Of a stretch of DNA of 64,000 nucleotides, positions 13,001-32,477 are shown in pieces. A model generated the notes under the pieces. It worked only from the letters and a program-made list of their open reading frames with translations. It was not told the origin of the DNA and searched no databases. Source of the stretch: Macrostomum lignano (taxonomy: Eukaryota); assembly GCA_002269645.1 (NCBI GenBank), contig NIVC01001615.1, positions 1 through 64,000 on the forward strand. Direction: 5' to 3'. Each line of letters starts with the position of its first letter. Positions within the stretch are counted from its first letter, which is position 1. The position numbers and the translations under genes were made by a program.

Positions 13001-14984
13001 GAGCATGGACTCAAGAAAGTACAAATTGTTGATGCGGCCGCTGGCATTCAGCAGGTGAAACAGGATTTCCGTCTCGTCTCTTGATTGAAGGGACGCGAGG
13101 GCTTGGATTGAAATCTCAAATCTTAATTATGATCACGTGACCTAAATCTGAATCCCACAGTCCTTCAGAAACTGAATCCCACAGTCCCGAATCTGAATCC
13201 CACAGTCCAGAATCTGAATCCCATAGTCCCGAATCTGAGTCCCACAATCTCGAACCTGAATCCCCTAGTCCCGAAGCTGAATCCCCTAGTCCCGAATCTG
13301 AGTCCCACAATCTCGAATCTGAATCCCCTAGTCTTCTCGAATCTGAATCCCCTAGTCCCGAATTTGAATCCCAGAGTTCCGAATCTGAATCCCACAGTCC
13401 CGAATCTGAATCCCACAGTCCAGAATCTGAATCCCATAGTCCCGAATCTGAGTCCCACAATCTCGAACCTGAATCCCCTAGTCTTCTCGAATCTGAATCC
13501 CCTAGTCCTGAATCTTAATCCCATAGTCCCGAATCTGAATCCCAGAGTTCCGAATCTGAATCCCACAGTCCCGAATCTGAATATCATAGTTCCGAATGTA
13601 GATCCCACAGTCCCCGATATAGATCCCACAGTCCCGGGTGCAGATCCCAAGTTTCATACTCTTAACCCCACAATACTAGCAAAAAACATAAGCAATTAAA
13701 AATATCCTCCACGGGGGGATCTCGCACACTCACTCAAAACAGGTGGAAATTCCCGCCAGCTTGGGGTGGTGAAATTTCCCCCGATACCGCTGCATCAGGC
13801 ATTCGACATCGCGTATAACAAAGTCGCGCGATTTCAATTGCAGCTGGTGTGGCGCCTGCTGGGCGGCTTGCGATTGCTGCTGCTGGTTCGGCGCCAAGGA
13901 CTGCGAAGCCAGAGCTGCGTAGACGTCCATGAGATCCAAGCGGGCCTGAACGAACTCCACAAGTTGGTCGCTGACGTGGCTGACCAGCTTGGCCGAGGAG
14001 GCCCGAGAGACTCGCTGCAGCTCGGCGGACAGGCACCGGTAGGACTCGCGAAGGTTCTCCTTGCGAACGGTGAAGATCGGCGCCCGGGACTGCAGGTAGG
14101 AGAGGCTGTAGTAGGACTTTTCGTGTGAGCACAGCTCCGAGCAGGCGTTAAGGAAGGCGCGCCAGTTCGGCGACAGCACGGATTTGTTCTGGTCCAGCTC
14201 TTTGTCCTGCGGGTCAGTGAGTTAGTGAGTGAGTGAGTGAGTGAGTGAGTGAGTGAGTGAAGGGGGCCGTAGCCCAGCGGTAGCGCAGCTGCTCTGGTGT
14301 GCCAGCGACCCAGGCTCGATTCCAAGTGCAGTCACATTAATTTGGGGCTGAATTGGAATCTCGGCTTGGCTCTGCTCGTGCAATTAACGGCCTCGAGAGC
14401 CAACCCCCCAAGGCACAGTGAAGTGTACATGCCTAACGATAAAATAAAGTTAGGGCCGCTGTACACTCCTGTGTGAGTGTGTGCCTGCGTACGTATCCGC
14501 GCGCTTGTATGCCTGCTCAGGGGAGTCGGCGGAATGGGCAGTAATGCCTCTCGCCGGTTGTGTGCCTATGTCGCTTAAAGTGCGACAGGGTGCACACAAC
14601 CCCTCTGCCTCTAAAAAAAGAGTGAGTCAGTCAGTCAGTCGGTGAGTCAGTCAGTGAGCCAGTGAGTCAGACAGTCAGTCAGTGAGTTGGTGCATTTTTT
14701 TATGCATTTCTATTAAGTCTACATCTACATATCTACAGTCTCTTCATCCCACAACAATGTCCATCCTAGGCTAATTTAGCTTTGCTACATGTAAATGGGG
14801 GTTTTATGCCAACTTGAGGCTTTAGACTATAGCAAAGAACAGGTATCCCTGGTCACCTGAGCCAGGCTGCTGGACTTACAATGATCTCCTTTGCTTTGTC
14901 AAAATGAAGAAATCGCAATGCTTCACTGAAAGAGTCCAAACTGGACCTTTCCACAAACTTTAAGTTGCCAGAGCCAAATTCTGC
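7920..14984 (-). CDS. KICS2: KICSTOR subunit 2 (C12orf66 homolog), multi-exon gene
   Basis: Exons 14984-14880, 14206-13734, 13079-12944, 12831-12808, 9339-8857 and 8183-7920 have GT-AG borders with compatible phases. Peptide blocks match recalled human C12orf66: [80 protein letters not shown]. No ATG in the 14984 exon; candidate start exon 18042-18022. Confidence 0.88.
8325..8790. repeat. 21-bp minisatellite (AACTCAATTCAAAGTTATCCC)n in KICS2 intron
   Basis: Direct. Confidence 0.9.
9405..10325. repeat. ~32-bp minisatellite (TTAGTGTCTGTCTGCCTGTCTTAGTGTCCGCC)n grading into a (CTGT)n-based array
   Basis: Direct. Lies in a KICS2 intron. Confidence 0.9.
11070..11620. repeat. 27-bp minisatellite (CAGCATCCTTCATCATTCAATCTGCTA)n
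   Basis: Direct. The NDEGCC-repeat ORFs are its translation. Confidence 0.9.
12005..12495. repeat. 22-bp minisatellite (CTCAGTGAGTTGATGAAGGTGA)n
   Basis: Direct. Confidence 0.9.
13140..13630. repeat. 21-bp minisatellite (TGAATCCCACAGTCCCGAATC)n
   Basis: Direct. Fills the KICS2 intron 13733-13080. Confidence 0.9.
14262..14620 (+). mobile_element. tRNA-derived SINE, family A copy 1
   Basis: A-box-like TAGCCCAGCGGTAG (14270) and B-box-like GGCTCGATTCC (14313). The body is colinear with 34390-34705 through shared blocks CAGTCACATTAATTT, GCCAACCCCC-AAGGCAC, GGCCGCTGTACA and TGGGCAG. Flanked by (GAGT)n and (AGTC)n. Confidence 0.75.
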
Positions 14985-15922
14985 CTGTAAGAAAATTTAA
15001 TGCAATGGTTAATTGGCATGTATTGCAAGTTTGGGATTTCTTCTAGTAGGCTTTATGCAAGCAAGATTACTAAAGGAAGCTAAAAACAAAAAGGTTATAA
15101 GGCTAGTTGTATAGGTAATCAAAGCTCTACTAATTTTTTTATTATCTAAGCTTTTGTTTTTAACTAAATAACAAACTACATAATTTTTGCATGTCAAATG
15201 TTTGACATTATTACCTAGGCTATAGTAAGGAACTCTAATGTCATAAAAATGATAATAATTTTAAAGTAAGCTTTTGGTACCTAGTGCCTTAATGGCTTTT
15301 TAAACATTAAAAAAACATTTAATTTCTAAATAATATTGATTTTTTCTAGACTACATTATTAAAAATTATTTTTTTTAATTTTCAAGTTCATAGTTTATTT
15401 ATTAATTTAAAAATTCCAAATAGGTTAAGCTTAAGTTAGTTACTTATAATAATTAAATAGGTCTTTATAGACAAGCTTTTTATTGTCTATAAACAATTAA
15501 TTGGCTTTAAGTAGAGGGGGAAATCCAAAAATCGGGGGCAAGTTTTATGAAAATTCGTTTTTTGGCAATTTGAAAGCAATAAAGCTATAAAATAAATTTA
15601 TTCAAGTTTTTAAAAAGTAAAAAAGTCTATTAAAGCACAAATTATTTTCGTATAGCTTTATTTTTAATAAAATGATTTGTTAAAATGGTAAGTTTAATTA
15701 CGACCTAAAATGAGTCTAATGAAAATGATTGAAAAGCTATAATAATGTATTTTATTAACTTTAACTATCTTATAATGTTACACTCTATAATTCTACAACA
15801 TATTTAACATTATTTTAAGGTTTTATTTGTTTATCACTTTCGTTACTCTTGACAACGTGTATTTTATAGAGTTCGTTTGCAATAAATTGTATTCAACGTA
15901 AGTTTATTATTTAAACATACAA

Positions 15923-16625
15923 ATTCCCGTAAGGATCGGAAAATTGCATTTTACTCAGCTTCTACTAAAGCGATTTGGAAAATTCTTTTTTTCCTGCATA
16001 CACGCCGCGATGATACATGTTTTAGTGTAATTTCATTGTTCTTCGTCGCTTAATAAGCATACAGTAAGCATCTGATTTGGAAGCCGGGTAACACATTGGA
16101 ATTCCCATAAGGATTGGAAAATTGCATTTTACTCAGCTTCTACTGAAGCGATTTGGAAAATTCTTTTTTTCCTGCATACACGCCGCGATGATACATGTTT
16201 TAGTGTAATTTCATTGTTCTTCGTCGCTTAATAAGCATACAGTAAGCATCTGATTTGGAAGCCGGGTAACACATTGGAATTCCCATAAGGATTGGAAAAT
16301 TGCATTTTACTCAGCTTCTACTGAAGCGATTTGGAAAATTCTTTTTTTCCTGCATACACGCCGCGATGATACATGTTTTAGTGTAATTTCATTGTTCTTC
16401 GTCGCTTAATAAGCATACAGTAAGCATCTGATTTGGAAGCCGGGTAACACATTGGAATTCCCATAAGGATTGGAAAATTGCATTTTACTCAGCTTCTACT
16501 GAAGCGATTTGGAAAATTCTTTTTTTCCTGCATACACGCCGCGATGATACATGTTTTAGTGTAATTTCATTGTTCTTCGTCGCTTAATGAGCATACAGTA
16601 AGCATCTGATTTGGATGCCGGGTTC
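15923..16625. repeat. Four near-identical tandem copies of a 178-bp unit
   Basis: ATTCCC(G/A)TAAGGAT starts at 15923, 16101, 16279 and 16457. Confidence 0.95.
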
Positions 16626-17364
16626 ACATTTTGTGGTACCATTTTTTACCCAAAATTTTTAAGTCTAAATATAGGCATATTACAAATACTAATACTATGC
16701 AAGTTGATATTTAAATGAAAGAAAACAACTTAAAGATTATTTTGCAACAAGGAATTAGCGATATATTTACTTTTAGAAAAAGATGTTTGCTGGCAAACTT
16801 TGCACTTTATATTAGTATGAATTTTTGCGAGTTTATATGGTTTTAGAAAAACTTTGAAATCCTTAGAAATACTTCATCTTTTTGAATTGAATAAAAAGTA
16901 AAACACAGATTACTTTCTGTTTTGTAAGTAGTAAAAAAATTAGCCTTCTCTAAGGCCTACAAGTCTTAAAATTAATTGTTTAATAATGAAAAAAAGTGAA
17001 ACAAAAAATTGCAAATCGGTCAACTCGGACTTTCAAAATGCTTTTTTGTGGTTTTTTCTTATTTATTCAACAATATAAAGCATGAAAACAATAGTTTTTA
17101 TCCAGAACTATTTTCTAAAGACCTATCTATCTTTCAAAAACCTTTTTTAGATACATTACTTTCCATCGAATGTCCGCAGATTTGTTTTACCGTTTTATCC
17201 CACGTTTTTGGATTTCGCCAGAGATAATTAATATTTTAATATTTTAGATAAAAAATAGGCCTAAGCCTAATAATATTAATATAATTGATAAATAAAGTAT
17301 AAATGAAAAGTCACTAGTAGGCCTAATAACTAAAAGTTGTATATATATATTCTGAATGCAAATA

Positions 17365-17595
17365 ACTTTGGCCAATCAGTTTTTACCAATGTTAAACCTA
17401 AATGTTAAAATGTGCATAGCCAATGTATGTATATAACAAACTAAGTAAATAGCATGATTCTGCATCTATATTATGATGACTTATCTACCCTTCATCCATT
17501 GGTTAGCTATCCATTCTGATTATTGTCTAGTATGCAACTATCCTACTCATGTTAAATGTACATTTTAATGTCAGTAAAAACTGATTGGCCAAAGT
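17365..17595. mobile_element. MITE (231 bp) with 22-bp TIRs and TA flanks
   Basis: ACTTTGGCCAATCAGTTTTTAC (17365-17386) and its exact reverse complement (17574-17595). TA at 17363-64 and 17596-97. Confidence 0.7.
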
Positions 17596-18021
17596 TATAT
17601 ACATTATTCTAATATTCATAAATATGAGCTAATCATTAGAAATATAAAACTTCAATAGTATCTAGCTAATAAAGTCAAAGATACAATATGACAATTTAGC
17701 ATCTTAGCCTAAGACTTAGGGTCAAAATTAAGGGTGCCAAAATTAAATTTGATAGGGCTTTTGTCATATGGGGGCATAACTATCACAAAAAACTAACTAA
17801 CCCAGTACCAATACTGCCTATAGTAGGCCAAATATGACTATGGCCATGGGTGAGCAGGGTGACTAGGGCCTACTAGTGGCTAGTATCCATATCCACACTA
17901 CAGAAGCAAAAAGTCTCATCTGATTTAAGCTGATCAAAAAATATTTATAGGCCTAAGCTGAGAAAAAAAACTTTTTCTGACTGGTCTTCTAGGCATACAT
18001 ACTATTCAGTAATTCACATAC

Positions 18022-18042
18022 TGGCCTATGCAAGTTCAACAT
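18022..18042 (-). CDS. KICS2: Candidate first coding exon of KICS2 (MLNLHRP)
   Basis: ATG plus 21 nt followed by a GTATGT donor. Phase 0, matching the acceptor at 14985. No homology support. Confidence 0.3.
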
Positions 18043-18678
18043 TGACGAACGAACGAGCACGAAGAAGTTATATTAAAACTCGTTTACTGATCCCGTGTCA
18101 ACTTGGCGCCAAATGCTTTTCATAGACATTAACAAATATGTTGTTGTCTATGTTGTTGTTGTTGTTGTTGTTATCATGTGCAAAGGCACTTGAGGACTAA
18201 ATTTGGTGAGGATTAAAAACTTATTACAATCTACACTGTAGCAGTCTGAGTAGTAGATTATATTATAAATTATACAGTGTACACTGTTATGCATACATGT
18301 ATGTACCACCGATACTGCAAGCACCGATCACGGGCGATCAATAGGGATAAAAGAATAAAAATAGACATATTATGTGCATATGTACATGTACTCGAGCTTT
18401 AAATATTATTGATGTGTACAAAAATACCCATAGAGCCACCGCAAAGCAAAAACATGTGTGGCACGTCTATGGCAGATAGTCCCAGAATAGCTTAACCTAA
18501 GCTTAACCCACTGAGTTAAGTAAATACATACCGACGTCGGGAACCAGAAGTAGCTTAATGAAGTTTTTGAGCCGCTGTTCAATTAATACTACAGGGCCCA
18601 TATCGATCGATTAATTAACTTTTTCATTCGGCCCATGACAGTTCGAGGTTGATAAAGTTCTCCTTTGGTGCTTTCGAG

Positions 18679-25458
<6,780 letters not shown>

Positions 25459-25911
25459 TTCCAAAATTCTGGCTCACTACGCTTTAACCCTAGAGATTAG
25501 GCTGATAATGCTTACAGAGATTCATTTATTCAAACAAACAATTGAAATGATTTAATTTATAACGCATGAAACTTCTAATTTTTTATGATCCTCGTGATCG
25601 ACAAAATATTTCAATGCACAATTCTGTAATTTTCTCTTTCGGTGCAAGTGTCACAACATTATTTAATATTTTCATACGATTTTTACTTTGAATTAGAAGT
25701 GACATTCTGTCAGTAAAATTATCAGCAAAATTGCGTAATTTATCTTTATGAGTAGTATATTGTGTGTAAAGGTAGAACTGATAGCTCGTAATGTCTAAAC
25801 TGTAAATGAAAATCCGAGTGTTGAAGTGCTAATAAATGCTGTCCATTATAACTGATTTAAACGCTAAAATATTAATTTTTATTGCGTAACAAGCTGGAAG
25901 GTTAGTTTTGT

Positions 25912-26352
25912 CAGCTTTGTGTCAGAGGGTCAGTTTGGTCAGAGCATCCTGAAGCATCCTCAGCTTTGTGTCAGAGGGTCAGTTTGGTCAGAGCATCCTG
26001 AAGCATCCTCAGCTTTGTGTCAGAGGGTCAGTTTGGTCAGAGCATCCTGAAGCATCCTCAGCTTTGTGTCAGAGGGTCAGTTTGGTCAGAGCATCCTGAA
26101 GCATCCTCAGCTTTGTGTCAGAGGGTCAGTTTGGTCAGAGCATCCTGAAGCATCCTCAGCTTTGTGTCAGAGGGTCAGTTTGGTCAGAGCATCCTGAAGC
26201 ATCCTTAGCTTTGTGTCAGAGGGTCAGTTTGGCCAGAGCATCCTGAAGCATCCTTAGCTTTGTGTCAGAGGGTCAGTTTGGTCAGAGCATCCTGAAGCAT
26301 CCTCAGCTTTGTGTCAGAGGGTCAGTTTGGTCAGAGCATCCTAAAGCATCCT
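25912..26352. repeat. 49-bp minisatellite, ~9 copies
   Basis: CAGCTTTGTGTCAGAGGG starts at 25912, 25961 and onward. Confidence 0.95.
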
Positions 26353-26688
26353 TGTCGTCTACCTGAAGTATGGGCAGCTCAAGCGTCTGGCATAAGAACA
26401 TGAGCTGGCTAGCCTCAAGGGCCTTGGGCGGTGCTTCTCCTTACCCTCTCTCTCGTCCCTTCCCGCCAGTCCCCTACTGCCAGACCCGCTACGGCCAGAC
26501 GGGTTTTGTAAAGTTAATAAATCATCAGCAAGGCCATCAGTCAGTTACCACCGGCCGGGCGTCAGCCTCTGCCGCAAAAAACCAATTGTAAGTGCGTTGT
26601 ACCGTCTTCTGTCATTCGTTTGCCAGGCGGGGGGGGGGGGAATTGAAGGTCAGAGTGTCCTGACCTGTCCTTTCCTAAAGTACGTTGG

Positions 26689-27375
26689 TAACAGACAGCA
26701 TTCTGTGTCAGCAAGGCATCAAACTCAATAATTAACAGACAGCATTCTGTGTCAGCAAGGCATCAAACTCAATAATTAACAGACAGCATTCTGTGTCAGC
26801 AAGGCATCAAACTCAATAATTAACAGACAGCATTCTGTGTCAGCAAGGCATCAAACTCAATAATTAACAGACAGCATTCTGTGTCAGCAAGGCATCAAAC
26901 TCAATAATTAACAGACAGCATTCTGTGTCAGCAAGGCATCAAACTCAATAATTAACAGACAGCATTCTGTGTCAGCAAGGCATCAAACTCAATAATTAAC
27001 AGACAGCATTCTGTGTCAGCAAGGCATCAAACTCAATAATTAGCAGACAGCATTCTGTGTCAGCAAGGCATCAAACTCAATAATTAACAGACAGCATTCT
27101 GTGTCAGCAAGGCATCAAACTCAATAATTAACAGACAGCATTCTGTGTCAGCAAGGCATCAAACTCAATAATTAACAGACAGCATTCTGTGTCAGCAAGG
27201 CATCAAACTCAATAATTAACAGACAGCATTCTGTGTCAGCAAGGCATCAAACTCAATAATTAACAAACAGCATTCTGTGTCAGCAAGGCATCAAACTCAA
27301 TAATTAACAGACAGCATTCTGTGTCAGCAAGGCATCAAACTCAATAATTAACAGACAGCATTCTGTGTCAGCAAG
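26689..27375. repeat. 44-bp minisatellite, ~15 near-identical copies
   Basis: TAACAGACAGCATTCTGTG starts at 26689, 26733 and onward. Confidence 0.95.
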
Positions 27376-28032
27376 CGAAACCGACCGCTTCAAGAGTCGG
27401 TTCCGCTCCCTCACAGCCCATCGCTCTCGCAGTCACGATGAGGCACTCAGGAAGCTGTGCAGCATCAGCTCCGCGGTGCCCGCTCGCTTCCTTGAGCAGA
27501 TCTGCAGGTGGAGCAGCTAGTTTTACCGTGTTGAAAATGTACATGTATCTACTATCCTAGCTTGATATGACTTGACAATAATTTAGATAGCTAATATTTT
27601 AATTGCATATGCAGGTTAAAGCGTTTTCTTTAAGGTCTTCCAAGAAGACTGGCTCTGGGCCACCTTAATTAGTTGGATAACTTTAAAGTGAGTTGGAGCT
27701 GCCCTTGTGCGAAGGCTCATGAAGCGAGACCTGATTACACTTGCATCCTCGAATTCCTGGTGGGTCGCACTGGCAGGGGGGGTTATATGATGCTTTCCTT
27801 GTCGTCTACCTGAAACATGGGCAGCTCAAGCGTCTGGCATAAGAACTGGCTAGCCTCAAGGTCCATACTTGCACCCGCCGGGCACAATGCACCCATGATC
27901 AAAGAGACCGTCTTTACGGCTAGTCTACAAGTAGTTAGCAGACCTTCAATAGGAGCTGAACACCACGAATTCGGCAACCACCAATAAATCAGTAGGCGGA
28001 ATGGCAAGGGAGGGGGAGCTCACACTTGAAAC

Positions 28033-28734
28033 CAGGTCGGCGGGCCACATGCGGCCCACAAAGCATCTCTATCCGGCCCTCGGGTCCTTTGAAACTTCTC
28101 AGTAGCAATCCTGCCCGCTCAAAGTTTGTTTCTCTTTTTAGCTCTCTTCTATCACCTCTCCTCTCCTCTCCTCTCCTCTCCTCTCTTCTCCTCTCCTCTC
28201 TTCTCCTCTCCTCTCCTCTCCTCTCCTCTCCTCTCCTCTCCTCTCTTCTCCTCTCCTCTCCTCTCCTCTCATCTCCTCTCCTCTCCTCTCCTCTCCTCTC
28301 TCCTCTCCTCTCCTCTCCTCTCCTCTCCTCTCCTCTCCTCTCCTCTCCTCTCCTCTCCTCTCCTCTCCTCTCCTCTCCTCTCCTCTCTCCTCTCCTCTCC
28401 TCTCCTCTCCTCTCCTCTCCTCTCCTCTCCTCTCCTCTCCTCTCCTCTCTCCTCTCCTCTCCTCTCCTCTCCTCTCCTCTCCTCTCCTCTCCTCTCCTCT
28501 CCTCTCCTCTCCTCTCCTCTCCTTCCTCTCCTCTCCTCTCCTTCCTCTCCTCTCCTCTCCTCTCCTCTCCTCTCCTCTCCTCTCCCTTTTCCTCTTCCTT
28601 CCATCCTCTCTCCTCTCCTCTCCTCTCTTCTCCTTTGTTTCTTTGCCTCTTCTTTCCTTTTTTTATTTCTCTATTCCCTCTCGATCCTCTCTCCCCTCCT
28701 CTGGCCCTGGAGGTAAAAAGTTTGTCGACCCCTG
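28033..28734 (+). mobile_element. Non-autonomous hAT (Charlie/MER58-like) relic containing a (CTCCT)n microsatellite
   Basis: Right end AAAAAGTTTGTCGACCCCTG and left GGGCCACATGCGGCCC resemble recalled Charlie-type termini. The left TIR is partly deleted. The 8-bp flanks CTTGAAAC / CTTTAAAG match at 6 of 8. Confidence 0.6.
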
Positions 28735-28944
28735 CTTTAAAGGGCTGATTCGTGGAGCTGCAGTGGAGGACAGAGTGCCGTTGTACTGCAACGGAAATAC
28801 CTATTTATATGCTCGTACATCCTTGATCCACATTGAATTGAGTTGTCTATGGCAATCCTGAGGCTTCGAATCGCAAACAGAGCGCTGCCGCCTCAACCCA
28901 AGCAACTGCCGCATCTTAGAAAATTTCTTCTTTAACCAGTCAAG

Positions 28945-30550
28945 TTGCAGTTCAGCCGCACCTCTGCACTGCTCAAGCTCATGCTGAAGCGCCTCTGGTT
29001 CCGGCTGCGTCGGCGCGACGGAAATCCTCGCCGATTATCGACGGCGTCATTTTGTCGACCTCCCCGGAATCGCAGCAACCAGAAAGCCGGCAAGGGCGAA
29101 GATGCCAAGGACGTCGATCCGGCTTTGGAGACTGAAGTGGATGATGAGGGAAAACCGGGCAGTCAGCCGCTGCCGCACCCCGCCTATCAGCCCATGCGAG
29201 TCGACCCCGTGCTGGAGCTGCCAGTGCACTACTGGTTCCACATCTACCTGCACAGCTACGACTGCGACCGGCTGCTCACCCCGTTTGTCAAATCAATGAT
29301 GGAGGACTTTCCTACAGACAGGCGCCTGCTCAGCATCATGAATAGGTGTCTGGTGAGCGTTGCCTCTGGATAACAAGAATTGCGATAAAACACTCAGCAT
29401 CCTCAGACATCAGTCAGAATCTCCAAAAACTACTCAGCATCTCCACAAATGACTCAGAATCTCCACACATCACTCAGCATCTCCACAAATCACTCAGCAT
29501 CTCCACACATCACTCAGCATCTCCACAAATCACTCAGCATCTCCACAAATCAACCAGAATCCCCAGAAATCACTCAGAATTCCCAGAAATCACTCAGCAT
29601 CTCCACAAATGACTCAGCATCTCCACACATCACTCAGCATCTCCACAAATGACTCAAAATCTCCACACATCACTCAGCATCTCCACAAATGACTCAAAAT
29701 CTCCACACATCACTCAGCATCTCCACAAATCACTCAGCATCTTCACAAATCACTCAGCATTCCCAAAAATGACTCAGCATCTCCACAAATCACTCAGCAT
29801 TCCCAAAAATCACTCAGCATTCCCAAAAATCACTCAGCATCCCCAGAAATCACTCAGAATTCCCAGAAATCACTCAGCATCTCCACAAATCACTCAGCAT
29901 TCCCAAAAATCACTCAGCATTCCCAAAAATCACTCAGCATCCCCAGAAATCACTCAGAATTCCCAGAAATCACTCAGCATCTCCACAAATCAACCAGAAT
30001 CTCCACAAATCACTCAGCATCCCCAGAAATCACTCAGAATTCCCAGAAATCACTCAGCATCTCCACAAATGACTCAGAATCTCCACAAGTCACTCAGCAT
30101 CCCCAGAAATCACTCAGAATTCCCAGAAATCACTCAGCATCTCCACAAATCAACCAGAATCTCCACAAATCACTCAGCATCCCCAGAAATCACTCAGAAT
30201 CTCCACAAATCACTCAGCATTCCCAGAAATCACTCAGCATTCCCAGAAATCACTCAGCATTCCCAGAAATCACTCAGCATTCACACCCATCAGCTTGAGT
30301 CTATTGCTCACTGCTTCAGGTGAGAGTGTCCCTGGGACAGCTGGAGATGTACAAATCGCTGCCGCGCTACGTTTTCATTCTAAACGGAGCCAACTGGGAC
30401 TCAATAATTCGTGCCCTGGTCGAAATGGAGGCGGCCTTCCCCGAACTGTTGCGGTTCGCCAGTCACCCGCTGCTGGTGGACACTCCGACGCAGCGGTTCT
30501 CAACGTCATACTGGCGCCAGACGGCCTTGCAGACTCGCATGACGAGATGA
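28945..30550 (+). CDS. 3' exons of an unidentified protein-coding gene (possibly frameshifted upstream)
   Basis: The non-repetitive ORF 28945-29352 ends at CTG|GTGAGC. It joins in phase 0 to acceptor TTCAG|30320 and exon 30320-30550 (stop). A further exon-like segment lies at ~27430-27509. No family recognised. Confidence 0.5.
29390..30290. repeat. 20-bp minisatellite (CACTCAGCATCTCCACAAAT)n
   Basis: Direct. Intronic. Confidence 0.95.
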
Positions 30551-31002
30551 GTGAGACGTTGAAGTCTCACCTATACGTGTCCTACCGAAGCTTTCTCGTT
30601 GCGAAAGGGCCGGGGTTGCAAAAAAAAACACAATAATATGTTTATTGCACGATGTTGTTTTTTTCGTTGGCTAAGGCCTGTGTTGGAGCTGGTGCGCAGA
30701 AATGCGAGAAGCATCTTATTGAGAATTAGTATATAATTAGTATTTTATTTAGGTAAGAGTTACAAAAACTGCAAGCTAGCTACTGCCCACCCTTTGCACG
30801 CATAGAATGTATATGCTTAACTTACTGGTGTTGTTTTAACTACGAGACTATTTTTCAACTATAATAAACGTTATAACTCAGAACAGCTAGTACTGCACAA
30901 TTATAAGTGTCGTGTATGAATGGAGTCTGTGTATTGCTTTGAGTCTCAATTATGTTCTATGTTATGGTCATAGCTGTGTGCTTCATCTTATGTTTTTACT
31001 CC

Positions 31003-31765
31003 ATGCCAACAATGCTACTGACCCCTGCCAACAATGCTACTGACCAACCCCTGCCAACAATGCTACTGACCCCTGCCAACAATGCTACTGACCAACCCCT
31101 GCCAACAATGCTACTGACCCCTGCCAACAATGCTACTGACCCACCCCTGCCAACAATGCTACTGACCCCTGCCAACAATGCTACTGACCCACCCCTGCCA
31201 ACAATGCTACTGACCCCTGCCAACAATGCTACTGACCAACTCCTGCCAACAATGCTACTGACCCCTGCCAACAATGCTACTGACCCACCCCTGCCAACAA
31301 TGCTACTGACCCCTGCCAACAATGCTACTGACCAACCCCTGCCAACAATGCTACTGACCAACCCCTGCCAACAATGCTACTGACCCCTGCCAACAATGCT
31401 ACTGACCCACCCCTGCCAACAATGCTACTGACCAACTCCTGCCAACAATGCTACTGACCCCTGCCAACAATGCTACTGACCCACCCCTGCCAACAATGCT
31501 ACTGACCCCTGCCAACAATGCTACTGACCCCTGCCAACAATGCTACTGACCCACCCCTGCCAACAATGCTACTGACCCCTGCTAACAATGCTACTGACCC
31601 CTGCCAACAATGCTACTGACCCCTGCCAACAATGCTACTGACCCACCCCTGCCAACAATGCTACTGACCCCTGCCAACAATGCTACTGACCCACCCCTGC
31701 CAACAATGCTACTGACCCCTGATAACAATGCTACTGACCCCTGCCAACAATGCTACTGACCCCTG
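31003..31765. repeat. 22-bp-based minisatellite (CCCTGCCAACAATGCTACTGAC)n with longer variants
   Basis: Direct. Confidence 0.95.
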
Positions 31766-32477
31766 ACTTGCTACGATTTCAAGGCTTCGAGGGAATTATT
31801 ATAATAATGTGACTCTTGGGGAGAAATGTTAAGGTTTTAGGGTTAGGGTTGGGGGGAATTTTCGAGATTTCACAGGCCTATGGGGGTATCGCTGAGATGT
31901 CAAGGCTCACAGGCGGGGATTGTTGATATGTCAAGGCTCACGGGGGAATAGCTGAGATTTCAAGGCATACAAGGGAAATTTCTAAGGTTTATTGCAAGGA
32001 GAAGCTACATGTAGTTTATTCAAAATTCTGTATTACATTATTTGTTGGCTCCTGAGAGGGGGACACTGATTGCTAGTACAAGGTATTATGTCTAATATGA
32101 TCCACGAAGTATATAGCTTAGGGCTTGATCAACTTCTACGCTCTTTGCTGTACATTTAGGTTGTCATCGTCATTTTTTATGCATTGTACGCGCCCTGTTT
32201 ACGCGCAGTCTAGTTCAATTTCAACAGTTTTTCACTACCAATTCTCTTTCCAACACCCATGGACGAGCGATAGTGTACGCGCTTTGTACCTGGTACCTTG
32301 TACAGTAATTCTATATTTACCCAAGTTTGCAGTTTGCAGCATGCTTTACAGTCAGAACAGTTTGTGTGTAATGAGAGACGTCTAATATTAGGAAAGGCTA
32401 TAACATAGAGGATTCTGCCAACCCATAATTAGTCAAGCTAATACTCTCGGATCGGCTTAAGTTTTACCGAAGTTGCA

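Noticed and set aside
18121-18152. Short CATAGACA/TGTCTATG inverted repeat similar to hAT MITE ends
   Set aside because: Only 8-bp arms and no target-site duplication.
25912-27375. Regularly spaced 49-bp and 44-bp repeats resembling CRISPR arrays
   Set aside because: They are head-to-tail units with no unique spacers, there are no cas genes, and the context is eukaryotic.
31835-31852. TTAGGG telomere-like repeats
   Set aside because: Only two copies, which is within chance expectation.
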